Notes: generated by a model from the letters alone, not told the origin. 64,000 nucleotides of DNA from Planctomycetota bacterium (GCA_031403195.1 JANNSZ010000061.1:1653-65652); one strand, 5' to 3'; shown: positions 9,770-18,692, counted from the stretch's first letter. A program made the numbers and translations.

Positions 9770-10123
9770 TACGGTCGAGCCGCCCTCCAGACTCCCTCGG
9801 TTGACACCAGGCTCTGGGGAAATTCGGTTGGTTGGGCGATTGGGCACACGACGCGTATGAGTACGGGAGCCGGGATGTGCGACCGCCGAGCGGAGGGCTT
9901 GGATGCCCCGCCGGCCGTAAAGACGGCAAACTGGGGGGAAACTGGGGGACCACGAAGAGTCGTTGGCTCGTAGCGGTCGTACGACCTCGCCGCCTGAAAA
10001 CCGGTCCAAAATTTGTGCTTGGTTCGTTGATTGGCGGGCGCCTGTGGGTATCGTCGGAAGTGTGTCGCGGTCGATCCCGGTGGGTGCCGGGAAACTGCGA
10101 CTCTTCCAGTGGACCTTCCCGGC

Positions 10124-10696
10124 ATGCCTCTCGCTCGTCATCCCGATCCCGAAGAGATCGATTGCCTGATTCGCAACGGCGACCTCAGGACGGCGATCGA
10201 GCCGTACCTCGACGAGGCGGTCTACCAGATCGACTTTCGTCATCTGCCCACTGAGGCCGAGAACCGGTTTCTCGAATCGATGCTCGCCTGGGAGCTTGCT
10301 CCGATGGCTCAGGTGTCGCGGTGGTTCGAGCCGCCGCTGGCGATGCAGCCGGTCTGCACGCTCGACGACGATCAGGTGCGCGAACGGCTGTGGGATGTGA
10401 TCGAGCGGCTGCACGACAAGCGGATCGTGCTCGACTTCACCGACCACCTCTCGGATCGCGAGCTCTACTCGCTCATCCGTCGCGACATCCTTCCTGCGGT
10501 GCTCAAGCGGGTCGACCTTCCCGATAATTTCATCCACTGGGACTGTAGCGCCATGCTCGATGGCGACTCATCGGTCTGGCTCTCGTACTACGCCAGCGAG
10601 GAGGAGCGTGAGGAGTGGCGGCTCGAAGAGGGTCGTGATCCACCTCCCCGACGCATCCCGGCCCACCCCCGTGCGATGCCCGTCGCCGACGCCTAA
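10124..10696 (+). CDS. hypothetical protein
   Basis: ATG inside ORF 10031..10696 (MPLARHPDPEEIDCLIRNGDL...). The composition is protein-like and acidic. No family recognised. Confidence 0.5.
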   Translation: MPLARHPDPEEIDCLIRNGDLRTAIEPYLDEAVYQIDFRHLPTEAENRFLESMLAWELAPMAQVSRWFEPPLAMQPVCTLDDDQVRERLWDVIERLHDKRIVLDFTDHLSDRELYSLIRRDILPAVLKRVDLPDNFIHWDCSAMLDGDSSVWLSYYASEEEREEWRLEEGRDPPPRRIPAHPRAMPVADA

Positions 10697-10714
10697 GCGA
10701 CAAGGCTTCCGCGA

Positions 10715-10845
10715 GGGGCTGCCCACGTCGTGTCGCCGGCGTTGAAGACAAGCGCAGCCATGGATGGCGGAGCGCAGGCTCCATCGAGAGAGCGGAGGCC
10801 TGGAGGGCCGCAGCAAACGTCCGACGACACGACGTGGGCAGCCCC
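10715..10845 (+). repeat. structured interspersed element, family B, copy B1
   Basis: Outer arms GGGGCTGCCCACGTCGTGTCG ... CGACACGACGTGGGCAGCCCC are perfectly complementary. The core GCCGGCGTTGAAGACAAGCGCAGCCATGGATGGCGGAGCGC...GGCC-TGGAG-GGCC...GCAAACGTCCG aligns with the copies at 42626, 47138 and 56284. Confidence 0.8.
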
Positions 10846-10959
10846 GAGCCCCAAGCAGGCCGGCGGAAAATCCACCAGGGTGGGGAAATTTCACCCGGCG
10901 GCAGGCGGCGACCTTCCAGCGTATCCTGAAGGCCACCACCCCTCACCACAAACCCTCGG

Positions 10960-12063
10960 ATGGCCATCATGAATTTGTTGCGTCTTGCGCTCACCATTGC
11001 GGTTGCGACCACCACCATTGCCGCGGCCCTGCCAAGCCGCGCCGCCGACAAGGCAGCCGTGAAGGCAGCGATCGCCAAGGCCACAACGTTTCTCGAGGGC
11101 TGCCAGGAGGAAAACGGCAGCTTCAAGAATGAACTGGGCCCTGCAGTCTCGGCGCTCACGCTGACGGCGATCGTGAAAAGCGGCACGCCGGCCGACGCAC
11201 CGGTTGTGAAAAAGGGTATTGAGTACCTCATGACGTTCCGCCAGCCCGACGGCGGCTTCTACTCGCCTGGGTCACCGGTGGCCAACTACGAGACTTCGAT
11301 CGCCATGCTCGCACTGGCTGCCTGTAACAGCAACGGCTCGCTCGATAGCGAGATCAAGGGGGCCACGGCGTTTGTCAAGAAACTTCAGTGGGATAGCGAC
11401 GAGGGCAAGGGTCCCGATGACCCGGCCTTCGGCGGCGCCGGCTACGGCAAGAAGTCGCGGCCCGATCTTTCCAATACGCAGTTCATGATCGAGGCGCTGC
11501 GGACCGTCGGCGAGAGCGAGAACGATCCGGCCATCCAGCGGGCGCTGGTCTTTGTGTCACGCACCCAGAATCTACCTGGCCCCCACAACCCGCTGCCCTT
11601 TCCCGAGAAGAACCCCGACGGCGGCTTCTACTACACGCCTGCCAACGGCGGCGAGAGTCAGGCAGGCGAGACGGAGAACGGGGGCCTGCGAAGCTATTCC
11701 TCGATGACCTATGCCGGGCTCAAGAGCATGATCTTCGCGGGGCTCACGAAAGATGACCCGCGGGTGAAGGCCGCCACCGAGTGGCTCGCCAAGAATTTCA
11801 CGTTTGAGGAGAACCACGGCATGGGGCAGGCGGGGCTGTTTTACTTCTATCACACGGCGTCGAAGACGTTCGTTGTGCTCGGGGAAGACACCTTCACCGA
11901 CGCCCAAGGGAAGCAGCACGTCTGGCGGGATGAGTTGACGACAGCCATCGTCTCCCGGCAGAAGCCCGACGGTTCGTGGACCAACCCCAACGAGCGGTGG
12001 CTCGAAGGCGAGCCTGTCTTGGTGACGGCCTACGCGCTGTTGGCACTCGCGAATTGCCGCTAA
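10960..12063 (+). CDS. secreted prenyltransferase/squalene-oxidase-repeat (terpenoid cyclase fold) protein
   Basis: Signal peptide MAIMNLLRLALTIAVATTTIAAALPSRA. Repeated GGF/GSW motifs (DGGFYSPGS, DGGFYYTPANGG, PDGSWTNPNERW) with helical spacers are typical of the prenyltransferase-like repeat family common in planctomycetes. Confidence 0.72.
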   Translation: MAIMNLLRLALTIAVATTTIAAALPSRAADKAAVKAAIAKATTFLEGCQEENGSFKNELGPAVSALTLTAIVKSGTPADAPVVKKGIEYLMTFRQPDGGFYSPGSPVANYETSIAMLALAACNSNGSLDSEIKGATAFVKKLQWDSDEGKGPDDPAFGGAGYGKKSRPDLSNTQFMIEALRTVGESENDPAIQRALVFVSRTQNLPGPHNPLPFPEKNPDGGFYYTPANGGESQAGETENGGLRSYSSMTYAGLKSMIFAGLTKDDPRVKAATEWLAKNFTFEENHGMGQAGLFYFYHTASKTFVVLGEDTFTDAQGKQHVWRDELTTAIVSRQKPDGSWTNPNERWLEGEPVLVTAYALLALANCR

Positions 12064-12069
12064 CTGTCC

Positions 12070-12183
12070 GTGGAAAAAGCCGTCCATGGCCTTTTCCCAC
12101 GTGGCCGACCGCTGGAAAAGCCGAGGTTTTCCATGGTCGGCAGTCGCCGCATCGTGCGGCGGCAGACTTTTCCACAGTCTGCC
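12070..12183 (+). repeat. multi-hairpin 3-prime element, family A, copy A1
   Basis: Begins 6 nt after the stop at 12063. It contains four consecutive hairpins: GGAAAAAGCC-GTCCAT-GGCCTTTTCC; GCCGACCGCTGGAAAA-GCCGAGG-TTTTCCATGGTCGGC; CGCCGCA-TCG-TGCGGCG; GGCAGACT-TTTCCAC-AGTCTGCC. Related copies lie at 38345, 39771 (rc) and 51855 (rc). Confidence 0.85.
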
Positions 12184-12191
12184 AGGTTGCC

Positions 12192-12821
12192 TCAGGCAGC
12201 GTTTGGGGTGGCCTTGTAGAGGTACGGATTCATCGTCGGGTCGTTGTACATCTTCATCTGACGGAACACCCGCAGCGGGCGTTTGGCTGAGAAGATCTCC
12301 GCGAGGAGCCGGTCGACGGCAGCCACCAGATGATCCCGCTGGGCGTCGAGCACGACCAGCTTGTCGGCGGCCTTCTCGCGGTGCTCGGGCGTCGCGTCGG
12401 GCCGGTCAACCTGCTCACGCATGTGGTAGCGACGAAGCTCGAGGATCGAAAGACGATCGATCGCCGCACCAGGCGTCTCGGTCGCGGCCGGCGCACCGGG
12501 CGAGGCCACGACGCCGCGGGCGGCAAGCTCGGCGATGAGCCAGTCGTCCACCTTCTCGATCGCGTCATTGCGGGCCTGGTTGTAGCCGTCGATGGCCCGC
12601 TTCACCTGGGCGATGCGGGCGTCGGTGACATCCGGCGACCGGGCGATGTCTTCTTCATGCCACAGGAGAAAATTAAACCGGTGGAGGTCGCAGACCTTGC
12701 CGCGAAGTCCACCCTCGGAATGCGCGGGCTCAATCTCATGCCAGCGGGCCACGAGATCGGCGAGCAGAGTGTCGATGTCGGCCGTGGCGACGGGTGGATG
12801 GTGGGGGTGCGACGAGGCCAT
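12192..12821 (-). CDS. DUF4254-like protein (function unknown)
   Basis: 209 aa. The motif DLHRFNFLLWHEEDIAR followed by a helical region resembles what I recall of the DUF4254 family. It is the last gene of the ACP-KS operon, 45 nt after the KS stop. Confidence 0.55.
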   Translation of the reverse strand: MASSHPHHPPVATADIDTLLADLVARWHEIEPAHSEGGLRGKVCDLHRFNFLLWHEEDIARSPDVTDARIAQVKRAIDGYNQARNDAIEKVDDWLIAELAARGVVASPGAPAATETPGAAIDRLSILELRRYHMREQVDRPDATPEHREKAADKLVVLDAQRDHLVAAVDRLLAEIFSAKRPLRVFRQMKMYNDPTMNPYLYKATPNAA

Positions 12822-12866
12822 ACGAAACTCCTGGTGAGGCGCTCGGTGTCAGGTTCGTGTGCAGGC

Positions 12867-14102
12867 TCAGGCGGCGCGAAGCACAAGGCAGAGATTCGAG
12901 CCGCCGAACCCAAAGGAATTGCTGGCGGCGACCTTCACAGGGTGAGGCCGCGCGACATTCGGCACGTGGCACAGCCGGCATTCGGGATCGGGGTTGTCGA
13001 GGTTCACGGTCGGGGGCACCTGTTGCCGCTCGATCGCGCCCAAACAGGCGAGTGCCTCGAACGATGCGGCGCCACTCACGAGGTGGCCCGACATGCTCTT
13101 GGTCGAGCTCACCGGGATGCTGTCGGTCGCATCGCCGCAGGCCATGCGGATCGCACCAGCCTCGGCCACGTCGCCGACCGGTGTGCCGGCGGCATGGGCG
13201 TTGAAGTAGTCGACCTCGGAGGGGTCTACCTGGGCATCGGCCAGGGCCGCGGTGATCGCCCGGGCTGTCTGTGTCGGATCGGTGCTCGGCGCCACCATGT
13301 GGACGCCGTCGCTCGACATCCCGATGCCGGCCAGCTCACAGCGAATCCGCGCCGAGCGGCGGCGGGCGTCCGACTCCCGTTCGAGCACGAAGAATGCACC
13401 CCCTTCGCCCATGACGAAGCCATCGCGATCACGATCGAAGGGCCGTGAGGCTTTGGCGGGATCGTCGCTGCGTCGCGAGAGGGCGCGGAGATTGTAGAAG
13501 GCTGCGATCGCCGTCGGCCCTAGCACATCGCACCCACCGGCGACGCAGATATCGACCCAGCCGGCGTCGAGCCAGGTGCGGGCCAGGCCAAGGGCATAGC
13601 CGCTCGAAGCACAGGCTGCGGCCACGGCGACCGCAGGGCCCGCGATGCCGGCGCGGGCAGCCAGCCGCTGGTCCAGGGTCGGATCGCGACGCGATTCGAA
13701 GACGAACGTGCCTCCGTTTAAAAAATCGGCTTCCCATGTCTTGAAATGCTCGCCGCCGACGCCGAGCACAAGTCCGATCCGCGGTGCGGCCTCGGGATGC
13801 CCGAGGCCCGCATCGACAAGCGCGCCGATCACCGACGGGAGGCAGAGCTGTTCGAGGCGACCGAGCCCACGAAAGGTTTCAGGGTCCATGCCGAGTGGAA
13901 CAGGGATCTCGAGGACCGGAGCGGCAAACCGCGACTCGGTCCGCACCCGCGGGTCCACGTCGATCTCGCGCACGCCCGATACGCCAGAAAAGAGGTTGTC
14001 GAAGATCGTCTCGGTGTCACACCCGAGAGGAGACACGGCCGCCACGCCGGTGATGACAACACGCTCGCAGCCATTCCGTCTTCGCATCGCTTGCCCGCTC
14101 AT
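12867..14102 (-). CDS. beta-ketoacyl-ACP synthase, FabF-like (KS)
   Basis: RVVITGVAAVSPLG, active-site AAACASSGYALG, NAHAAGTPVGD, SSTKSMSGHLVSGAA and NSFGFGGSNLCLVL together give the Cys-His-His KS signature. Start taken at ATG 14102, which overlaps the upstream stop (ATGA at 14099-14102). Confidence 0.9.
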   Translation of the reverse strand: MSGQAMRRRNGCERVVITGVAAVSPLGCDTETIFDNLFSGVSGVREIDVDPRVRTESRFAAPVLEIPVPLGMDPETFRGLGRLEQLCLPSVIGALVDAGLGHPEAAPRIGLVLGVGGEHFKTWEADFLNGGTFVFESRRDPTLDQRLAARAGIAGPAVAVAAACASSGYALGLARTWLDAGWVDICVAGGCDVLGPTAIAAFYNLRALSRRSDDPAKASRPFDRDRDGFVMGEGGAFFVLERESDARRRSARIRCELAGIGMSSDGVHMVAPSTDPTQTARAITAALADAQVDPSEVDYFNAHAAGTPVGDVAEAGAIRMACGDATDSIPVSSTKSMSGHLVSGAASFEALACLGAIERQQVPPTVNLDNPDPECRLCHVPNVARPHPVKVAASNSFGFGGSNLCLVLRAA

Positions 14103-14938
14103 GCTGCCTCCCGGAGAACCTGCTCGTGCCGATGCCGCGTCACGTTGACCTCGAAGCCGCCCAGGCAGAGCAACGTGGTGGTGCCGTCGCGCTTGCCCCC
14201 GAGGACACCGGCCAGGTTGGCCAGCGTGCATGCTGCGATCGCGGGCCGTGATCCAGCCGGTCGCCGTCGAGACATCCGCACAGAAAGCGTGAGCGATCCC
14301 GTCTGATCAGCGTCGGTGGGCTCGGCCGACGGCTCGAGAAGCATGGCGATCGCTCGGCAGGAAGGGTCGTTTGTTGGGATGCCTTTGGCGTCGAGCGCCG
14401 GCTCGACATCCCACTCCGTAGCGACGAGCCATGCGGCTTCGCACTGTGGGTCGCCGCCACTGGCCAGAAGCGACGTCACGACGAGCAGTCCTTCGGCGAG
14501 TGCGTCTGGCCCCCCGCCGACGCCCAGATGCGGGCCGTGCGTGCCGAGGGCCACACTCACGGCGCCAGCGACCGAATGCATCGAGCACTGCGGAACGATA
14601 TGTGGCTTGATGGCACTCGGGCCCGATGTGTCGAGCCCTGCCAACGCCTGCGCCGTCGCAATCCTGCCTGCCTGACAGGGCGCCGCAATGACGGCATGGC
14701 GTGCGAGTGGAGGGAGGTCTTCGGCTGTGCACACCGCTGACAGCGCCGTCAGGACGGCATGCATACCGACGACCGTGTGCTCGTCAGCATGCCGCAGGAA
14801 CCGCGGTGGAAGTGGCGGCACGCCTTCGGGAACCGGCCGGTTGCGGAGGGTCCCCATGTCGGAGAGACGCGCCTTGACCAGGGCGTGGGTGGTGATTCGG
14901 CATCCGGCTACAAAAGCCGACGGCGACAGGTCGTTCAT
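14099..14938 (-). CDS. beta-ketoacyl synthase N-terminal-like protein (chain-length-factor-like KS partner)
   Basis: 279 aa, too short for a full KS. The region VIAAPCQAGRIATAQALAGL aligns roughly to the KS active-site loop, and GPHLGVGGGPDALAEGL resembles a thiolase-fold glycine-rich loop. It is translationally coupled to the downstream KS and preceded by an ACP gene. Confidence 0.6.
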   Translation of the reverse strand: MNDLSPSAFVAGCRITTHALVKARLSDMGTLRNRPVPEGVPPLPPRFLRHADEHTVVGMHAVLTALSAVCTAEDLPPLARHAVIAAPCQAGRIATAQALAGLDTSGPSAIKPHIVPQCSMHSVAGAVSVALGTHGPHLGVGGGPDALAEGLLVVTSLLASGGDPQCEAAWLVATEWDVEPALDAKGIPTNDPSCRAIAMLLEPSAEPTDADQTGSLTLSVRMSRRRPAGSRPAIAACTLANLAGVLGGKRDGTTTLLCLGGFEVNVTRHRHEQVLREAA

Positions 14939-14995
14939 ACGGGCTCCCCTGCGGTGGCCGAAGGCATCGCCCCCGGCAACAAAACACGGCCGCGG

Positions 14996-15262
14996 TCAGG
15001 CGGCCTGGCGGCCCCCACTGGCCGCGAGCTTCTCTTCGAGCACGTCGAGTAAGGTGCCTACGGTGGCGATGTTCTCGAGCAGCTCGTTCTCGATCTGAAT
15101 CTTGAGGCGGGTCTCGATGTGCAGCACGAGGCCGGCCATGTCGAGCGAGTCGAGGTTGAGGCCTTCGCGGAGCGTGGTCTGTTCGTCGAGATCTGGATAG
15201 GTCTCGCCCGTTTCCTTCTCGAGCAATTCAAGCACGGTGGCCGACAGTTCCTGGCGGTTCAT
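14996..15262 (-). CDS. acyl carrier protein
   Basis: 88 aa with the phosphopantetheine attachment motif GLNLDSLDMAGLV, acidic and helical. Confidence 0.9.
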   Translation of the reverse strand: MNRQELSATVLELLEKETGETYPDLDEQTTLREGLNLDSLDMAGLVLHIETRLKIQIENELLENIATVGTLLDVLEEKLAASGGRQAA

Positions 15263-15425
15263 GGAAAGGTCCTCTCCTCGGACAGTTGGGCGGGCCTTTT
15301 GGCGGTCGCCACAGGAAGCGGGAAGGTACCGAGACTGGCTGGTCGGGCGAAGATCAAAAACTCCGGTTATCCTTGGGGTTTCCCAGAAATCCGTGAACTA
15401 CCCAGTGCCCCAGATCCTCCCTCCG

Positions 15426-15836
15426 ATGCACGTCGCCGGTTCGCGTCTCAGCCGGTGGCTGTTCTGGCCCCTGCTCGCAGTCACACTCGGCTACGCCGTG
15501 TTCCTCGTATGGGCCACCCACTATCCGAGGCCAGGCGATCTGCTCGGGCCCAGCCCGCCGCCCGACAAGCTGCTGCACTTCATCGCCTACGGGCTTCTGG
15601 GATTTCTGGTCGCGGCCACGGTGGCGACGACCGGCCGCTGGTCGCGCCGCGGCATTGTGCTCCTTGCGGTCGGCTTGGCGATTGCCGCCGGAGCGGATGA
15701 GGCCACCCAGCCATTGTTCGATCGAGCCGCCGACGTACTCGATTGGGTCTATGACATCATCGGGCTCTTTGTCGGCCTCACGATCGTGGCCGTCGCCTGT
15801 CGGCTCCTGGGCTGGCCACCGAGCCCGCGGCCATGA
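15426..15836 (+). CDS. VanZ-like membrane protein
   Basis: ATG 15426 inside ORF 15237..15836. It has four hydrophobic segments, and DKLLHFIAYGLLGFL and ADEATQPLF..R...DVLDWVYDIIG are typical VanZ family motifs. Confidence 0.7.
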   Translation: MHVAGSRLSRWLFWPLLAVTLGYAVFLVWATHYPRPGDLLGPSPPPDKLLHFIAYGLLGFLVAATVATTGRWSRRGIVLLAVGLAIAAGADEATQPLFDRAADVLDWVYDIIGLFVGLTIVAVACRLLGWPPSPRP

Positions 15837-15842
15837 CAATCT

Positions 15843-16841
15843 TTAGTAGTTGGGCGTGGGTGCCCGGAACTCGTCCATCCGCACCGAGCGGAACCACTCG
15901 ATCGTCCGCGCCAGGCCTTCGCGAAGCGGCACGGTCGGCTCCCAGCCGAGTTTTTGCTTGGCAAGCGTGATGTCGGGCCGCCGTCGCTCAGGGTCATCCA
16001 CCGGCAGCGGCTTTTGGATCAGCGGGGCCTTGGAGCCGGTGAGCTCGCATGTCAATTCCGCGAGCTGGCGGATCGTGAACTCACCGGGGTTCCCGAGATT
16101 CACCGGCCCGACAAAATCATCGGGGCCATTCATCATGCGGATGATGCCCTCAACGAGGTCATCGCGATAACAAAAGCTCCGCGTCTGGTTACCCGACCCG
16201 AAAATCGTGACCGGCTCGCCGGCGAGCGCCTGCCGAATGAAATTCGAGACGACGCGACCGTCGAAGGGGTGCATCCGCGGGCCATACGTGTTGAAGATTC
16301 GCACGATCCGGACATTCACGCGGTTGTGACGGTGGTAGTCCATGAAGAGCGTCTCGGCCGCTCGCTTGCCTTCGTCGTAGCAGGCCCGTGGGCCAATTGG
16401 GTTCACCGCGCCGCGGTAGCTCTCGGGCTGCGGGTGAACCTCCGGGTCGCCATACACCTCACTCGTCGACGCCTGCAGAACCTTGGCCCGGCAGCGGCGG
16501 GCCATGCCGAGCACATTGATCGCCCCCATCACGGAGGTCTTCATCGTCTTGATGGGGTTGTATTGATAGTGGCCCGGGGCGGCGGGGCAGGCGAGGTTGT
16601 AGATCTCGTCGACTTCGAGCCAGAGCGGCTGGATCACGTCGTGGCGAATGAGCTCGAAATTGGGCCGCTCGAGGAGGTGGGCCACGTTCGACTTCTGGCT
16701 CGTGAAGAAGTTATCGACGCAGATGACATCATGCCCCTCACCGACGAGCCGCTCGCAGAGGTGACTGCCCAAAAAACCGGCCCCGCCGGTCACGAGAATC
16801 CGCCTGATACTTGACATGGTTTCTTCCGGAGAGAGGGGCAT
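15843..16841 (-). CDS. UDP-glucuronate decarboxylase (UDP-xylose synthase, SDR family)
   Basis: [38 protein letters not shown] catalytic motif, and [10 protein letters not shown]. An alternative start is ATG 16817 (MSSIRR). Confidence 0.92.
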   Translation of the reverse strand: MPLSPEETMSSIRRILVTGGAGFLGSHLCERLVGEGHDVICVDNFFTSQKSNVAHLLERPNFELIRHDVIQPLWLEVDEIYNLACPAAPGHYQYNPIKTMKTSVMGAINVLGMARRCRAKVLQASTSEVYGDPEVHPQPESYRGAVNPIGPRACYDEGKRAAETLFMDYHRHNRVNVRIVRIFNTYGPRMHPFDGRVVSNFIRQALAGEPVTIFGSGNQTRSFCYRDDLVEGIIRMMNGPDDFVGPVNLGNPGEFTIRQLAELTCELTGSKAPLIQKPLPVDDPERRRPDITLAKQKLGWEPTVPLREGLARTIEWFRSVRMDEFRAPTPNY

Positions 16842-16885
16842 GATAGTGTAGTCGGTCGGAGAACCACGTCCCGGGGGATGCCTTC

Positions 16886-17833
16886 ATGTCCATGCCGTTC
16901 AACCGCCGTACCGCCCTGGCTGCCGGAGCCGCCGCGCTGGGCGCTGCGTCACCGTTCGCCACGGCCCTCGCCGCCGCACCGCCCGAACGCGCCCACCCCG
17001 AACGCGCCCACAAGGGCCGCATCAAGCAGTCGATCGTCGCCTGGTGTTTTGAGCTGTTTGGCGAGAAGTGGAATATCGAAAAGACATGTCAGGTCGCGAA
17101 AGACCTGGGCTGCGTGTCGGTTGAGCTGGCGCCGCCCGCGGCCTGGGTCACGATCAAGAAGCACGGGCTCACCTGCGCGATCACACCCAACGGCATGCCT
17201 GGCGCTCCCTTCGTGAAGGGACTCAATAACCCCCGCTACCACGAGGAAGTGATCGCCCGCACGACCGAGATGATCGATGCTGCCGCAGAAGCCGGGTTTC
17301 CGAATGTGATTGCGTTCACGGGATTCAAGTGGCGGGATGCGGAGGACCCAAAGAGCGGTGAGATCTCGCTCGAGGAAGGGGCCGACAACTGCGTGAAGGG
17401 TCTCAAGGAGCTCTGTGCGCGGGCCGAGAAGAAGGGCGTCACGATCTGCATCGAGCACTTGAACACTCGCGATGACTCACATCCTTTCAAGGGCCATCCG
17501 GGCTATCAGGGAGATGACATCGATTACGTCGCCGACATCGTGCGTCGGGTGGGCAGCGATCGCGCCAAGGTGCTTTTCGATATCTACCACGTTCAGATCA
17601 TGAATGGCGACGTGATCCGCCGGATCGAGCAGTGCAAGGACGTCATCGGCCATATCCACACCGCCGGCAACCCTGGACGTTGTGAGCTCGACGACACCCA
17701 AGAGATCCTCTATCCGCCGATCATGCGAAAGCTCATCGACATCGGCTACCAGGGCTATGTGGGCCAGGAGTTTATCCCGACCCGCGACCCGCTCGCCGGG
17801 CTCCGGGAAGCGGTCGTGCTCTGCGACGTCTAA
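16886..17833 (+). CDS. Tat-signal xylose-isomerase-like TIM-barrel protein (hydroxypyruvate isomerase-like family)
   Basis: Twin-arginine-like N-terminus MSMPFNRRTALAAGAAALGAASPFATA. KGRIKQSIVAWCF, ICIEHLN, FDIYHVQIMNGD, HIHTAG and GQEFIP are motifs of the AP-endonuclease-2/TIM family. Confidence 0.85.
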   Translation: MSMPFNRRTALAAGAAALGAASPFATALAAAPPERAHPERAHKGRIKQSIVAWCFELFGEKWNIEKTCQVAKDLGCVSVELAPPAAWVTIKKHGLTCAITPNGMPGAPFVKGLNNPRYHEEVIARTTEMIDAAAEAGFPNVIAFTGFKWRDAEDPKSGEISLEEGADNCVKGLKELCARAEKKGVTICIEHLNTRDDSHPFKGHPGYQGDDIDYVADIVRRVGSDRAKVLFDIYHVQIMNGDVIRRIEQCKDVIGHIHTAGNPGRCELDDTQEILYPPIMRKLIDIGYQGYVGQEFIPTRDPLAGLREAVVLCDV

Positions 17834-17842
17834 AGCTGATTT

Positions 17843-17879
17843 CACGCACGCCGGGCCATCCATGGCCCCGGCGTGCGTG
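17843..17879 (+). terminator. near-perfect 17/18-bp palindrome directly after the stop at 17833 (terminator-like hairpin, no U tract)
   Basis: CACGCACGCCGGGCCAT-CC-ATGGCCCCGGCGTGCGTG. The centre GCCATCCATGGCC is the same as the loop region of hairpin 1 in family A repeats. Confidence 0.4.
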
Positions 17880-18288
17880 CCCGGCCTCCGCCGGGAGGGA
17901 ACACGGCCCTCCAGGCCTCGCGCACGTCGTTGCTACACCGATCTCACCTGTCTCCCATCCATGGCCCCGGCGTTCGGTGCGCCGGTGGCAGAGGCAGGCC
18001 GCATTGGTTCGCCGGTCGGTGACATGTGGCCGCACGCGGCTCTTTCAGATCGCCGCCTTCGCGACGTGAACCCTTCGGGTCACCTGCGGTGTGCGAGTGT
18101 GCTCTCGTGGATGATGGTGCGCCGCTTGGCCGCGCAATAGATGCTCGGCGGCTGCGCGTGCCCCCGACCGACTCCTCAGCATCGTGAGCTCAGGGGAGGC
18201 CGCCGCGGTTGCGAACCGTCCGCAGTCCCCCGGCTTCCGCCGAGGGCTTGTATCGGGCAAACGACGGACATAGGCCGAGGAACAACAC

Positions 18289-18517
18289 GTTCCCACGACA
18301 CCTCCCGCATCGCGTGGGCCAAACTCCTCGCCCGGATCGCCGAGGCGTTCCCGCTTGTGCGCCAGGCCTGAAAAACGGCGCTCCCGCGGAGGATTGTGGG
18401 GGCGTCCGAGGCCATCCGTCACGTCGCAAAACAGCCGCAGACCGACTCGCCTACCATCCATCGATGGTCGTCTGCCATCACCCTGTTGCGGAAGTGTCGT
18501 TGACCGTCCTATCCTTC
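18289..18517 (+). mobile_element. IS91-like element remnant, copy 1 (3-prime end only, internally deleted)
   Basis: 18289-18357 encodes ...HDTSRIAWAKLLARIAEAFPL and matches 20785-20854. 18358-18517 matches 21114-21274 almost base for base. About 259 bp present in copy 2 are missing. Confidence 0.6.
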
Positions 18518-18692
18518 CTTCGAGGAGGGCCATCGTGGCCGGCTCGGGCACGACAACGTAGCTGAGCATGAGGTCGTTGACGACGTTGTCGAGCGTGAGC
18601 GCCGCATTGATCGTGGGCGTGTCACCCAGGATCGACGGATTCGCCGTGCCGTTGCCACTTGCGGGCAGGACTCCCCGTGAAACTGGCCGTAT
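18518..18692 (-). pseudogene. C-terminal fragment of a PEP-CTERM-anchored protein, cut off by the IS remnant
   Basis: Minus-strand translation gives ...GNGTANPSILGDTPTINAALTLDNVVNDLMLSYVVVPEPATMALLEG. This is a VPEP + hydrophobic start of a PEP-CTERM sorting signal that stops exactly at the repeat boundary. An in-frame stop lies about 58 codons upstream. Confidence 0.4.

Noticed and set aside
9770-10123. 354-nt gene-free spacer after rpiB, examined for an ncRNA (RNase P, SRP, tmRNA, 6S, tRNA)
   Set aside because: I found no conserved motifs of those RNAs and no cloverleaf. It contains TTGACA at about 9802 and some short complementary segments, but nothing I can support. It remains unexplained.
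16976-17005. 15-bp tandem duplication (CCCGAACGCGCCCAC x2, giving PERAHPERAH) after the Tat signal of the TIM-barrel protein
   Set aside because: A real but trivial in-frame duplication in a linker, with no further structure.
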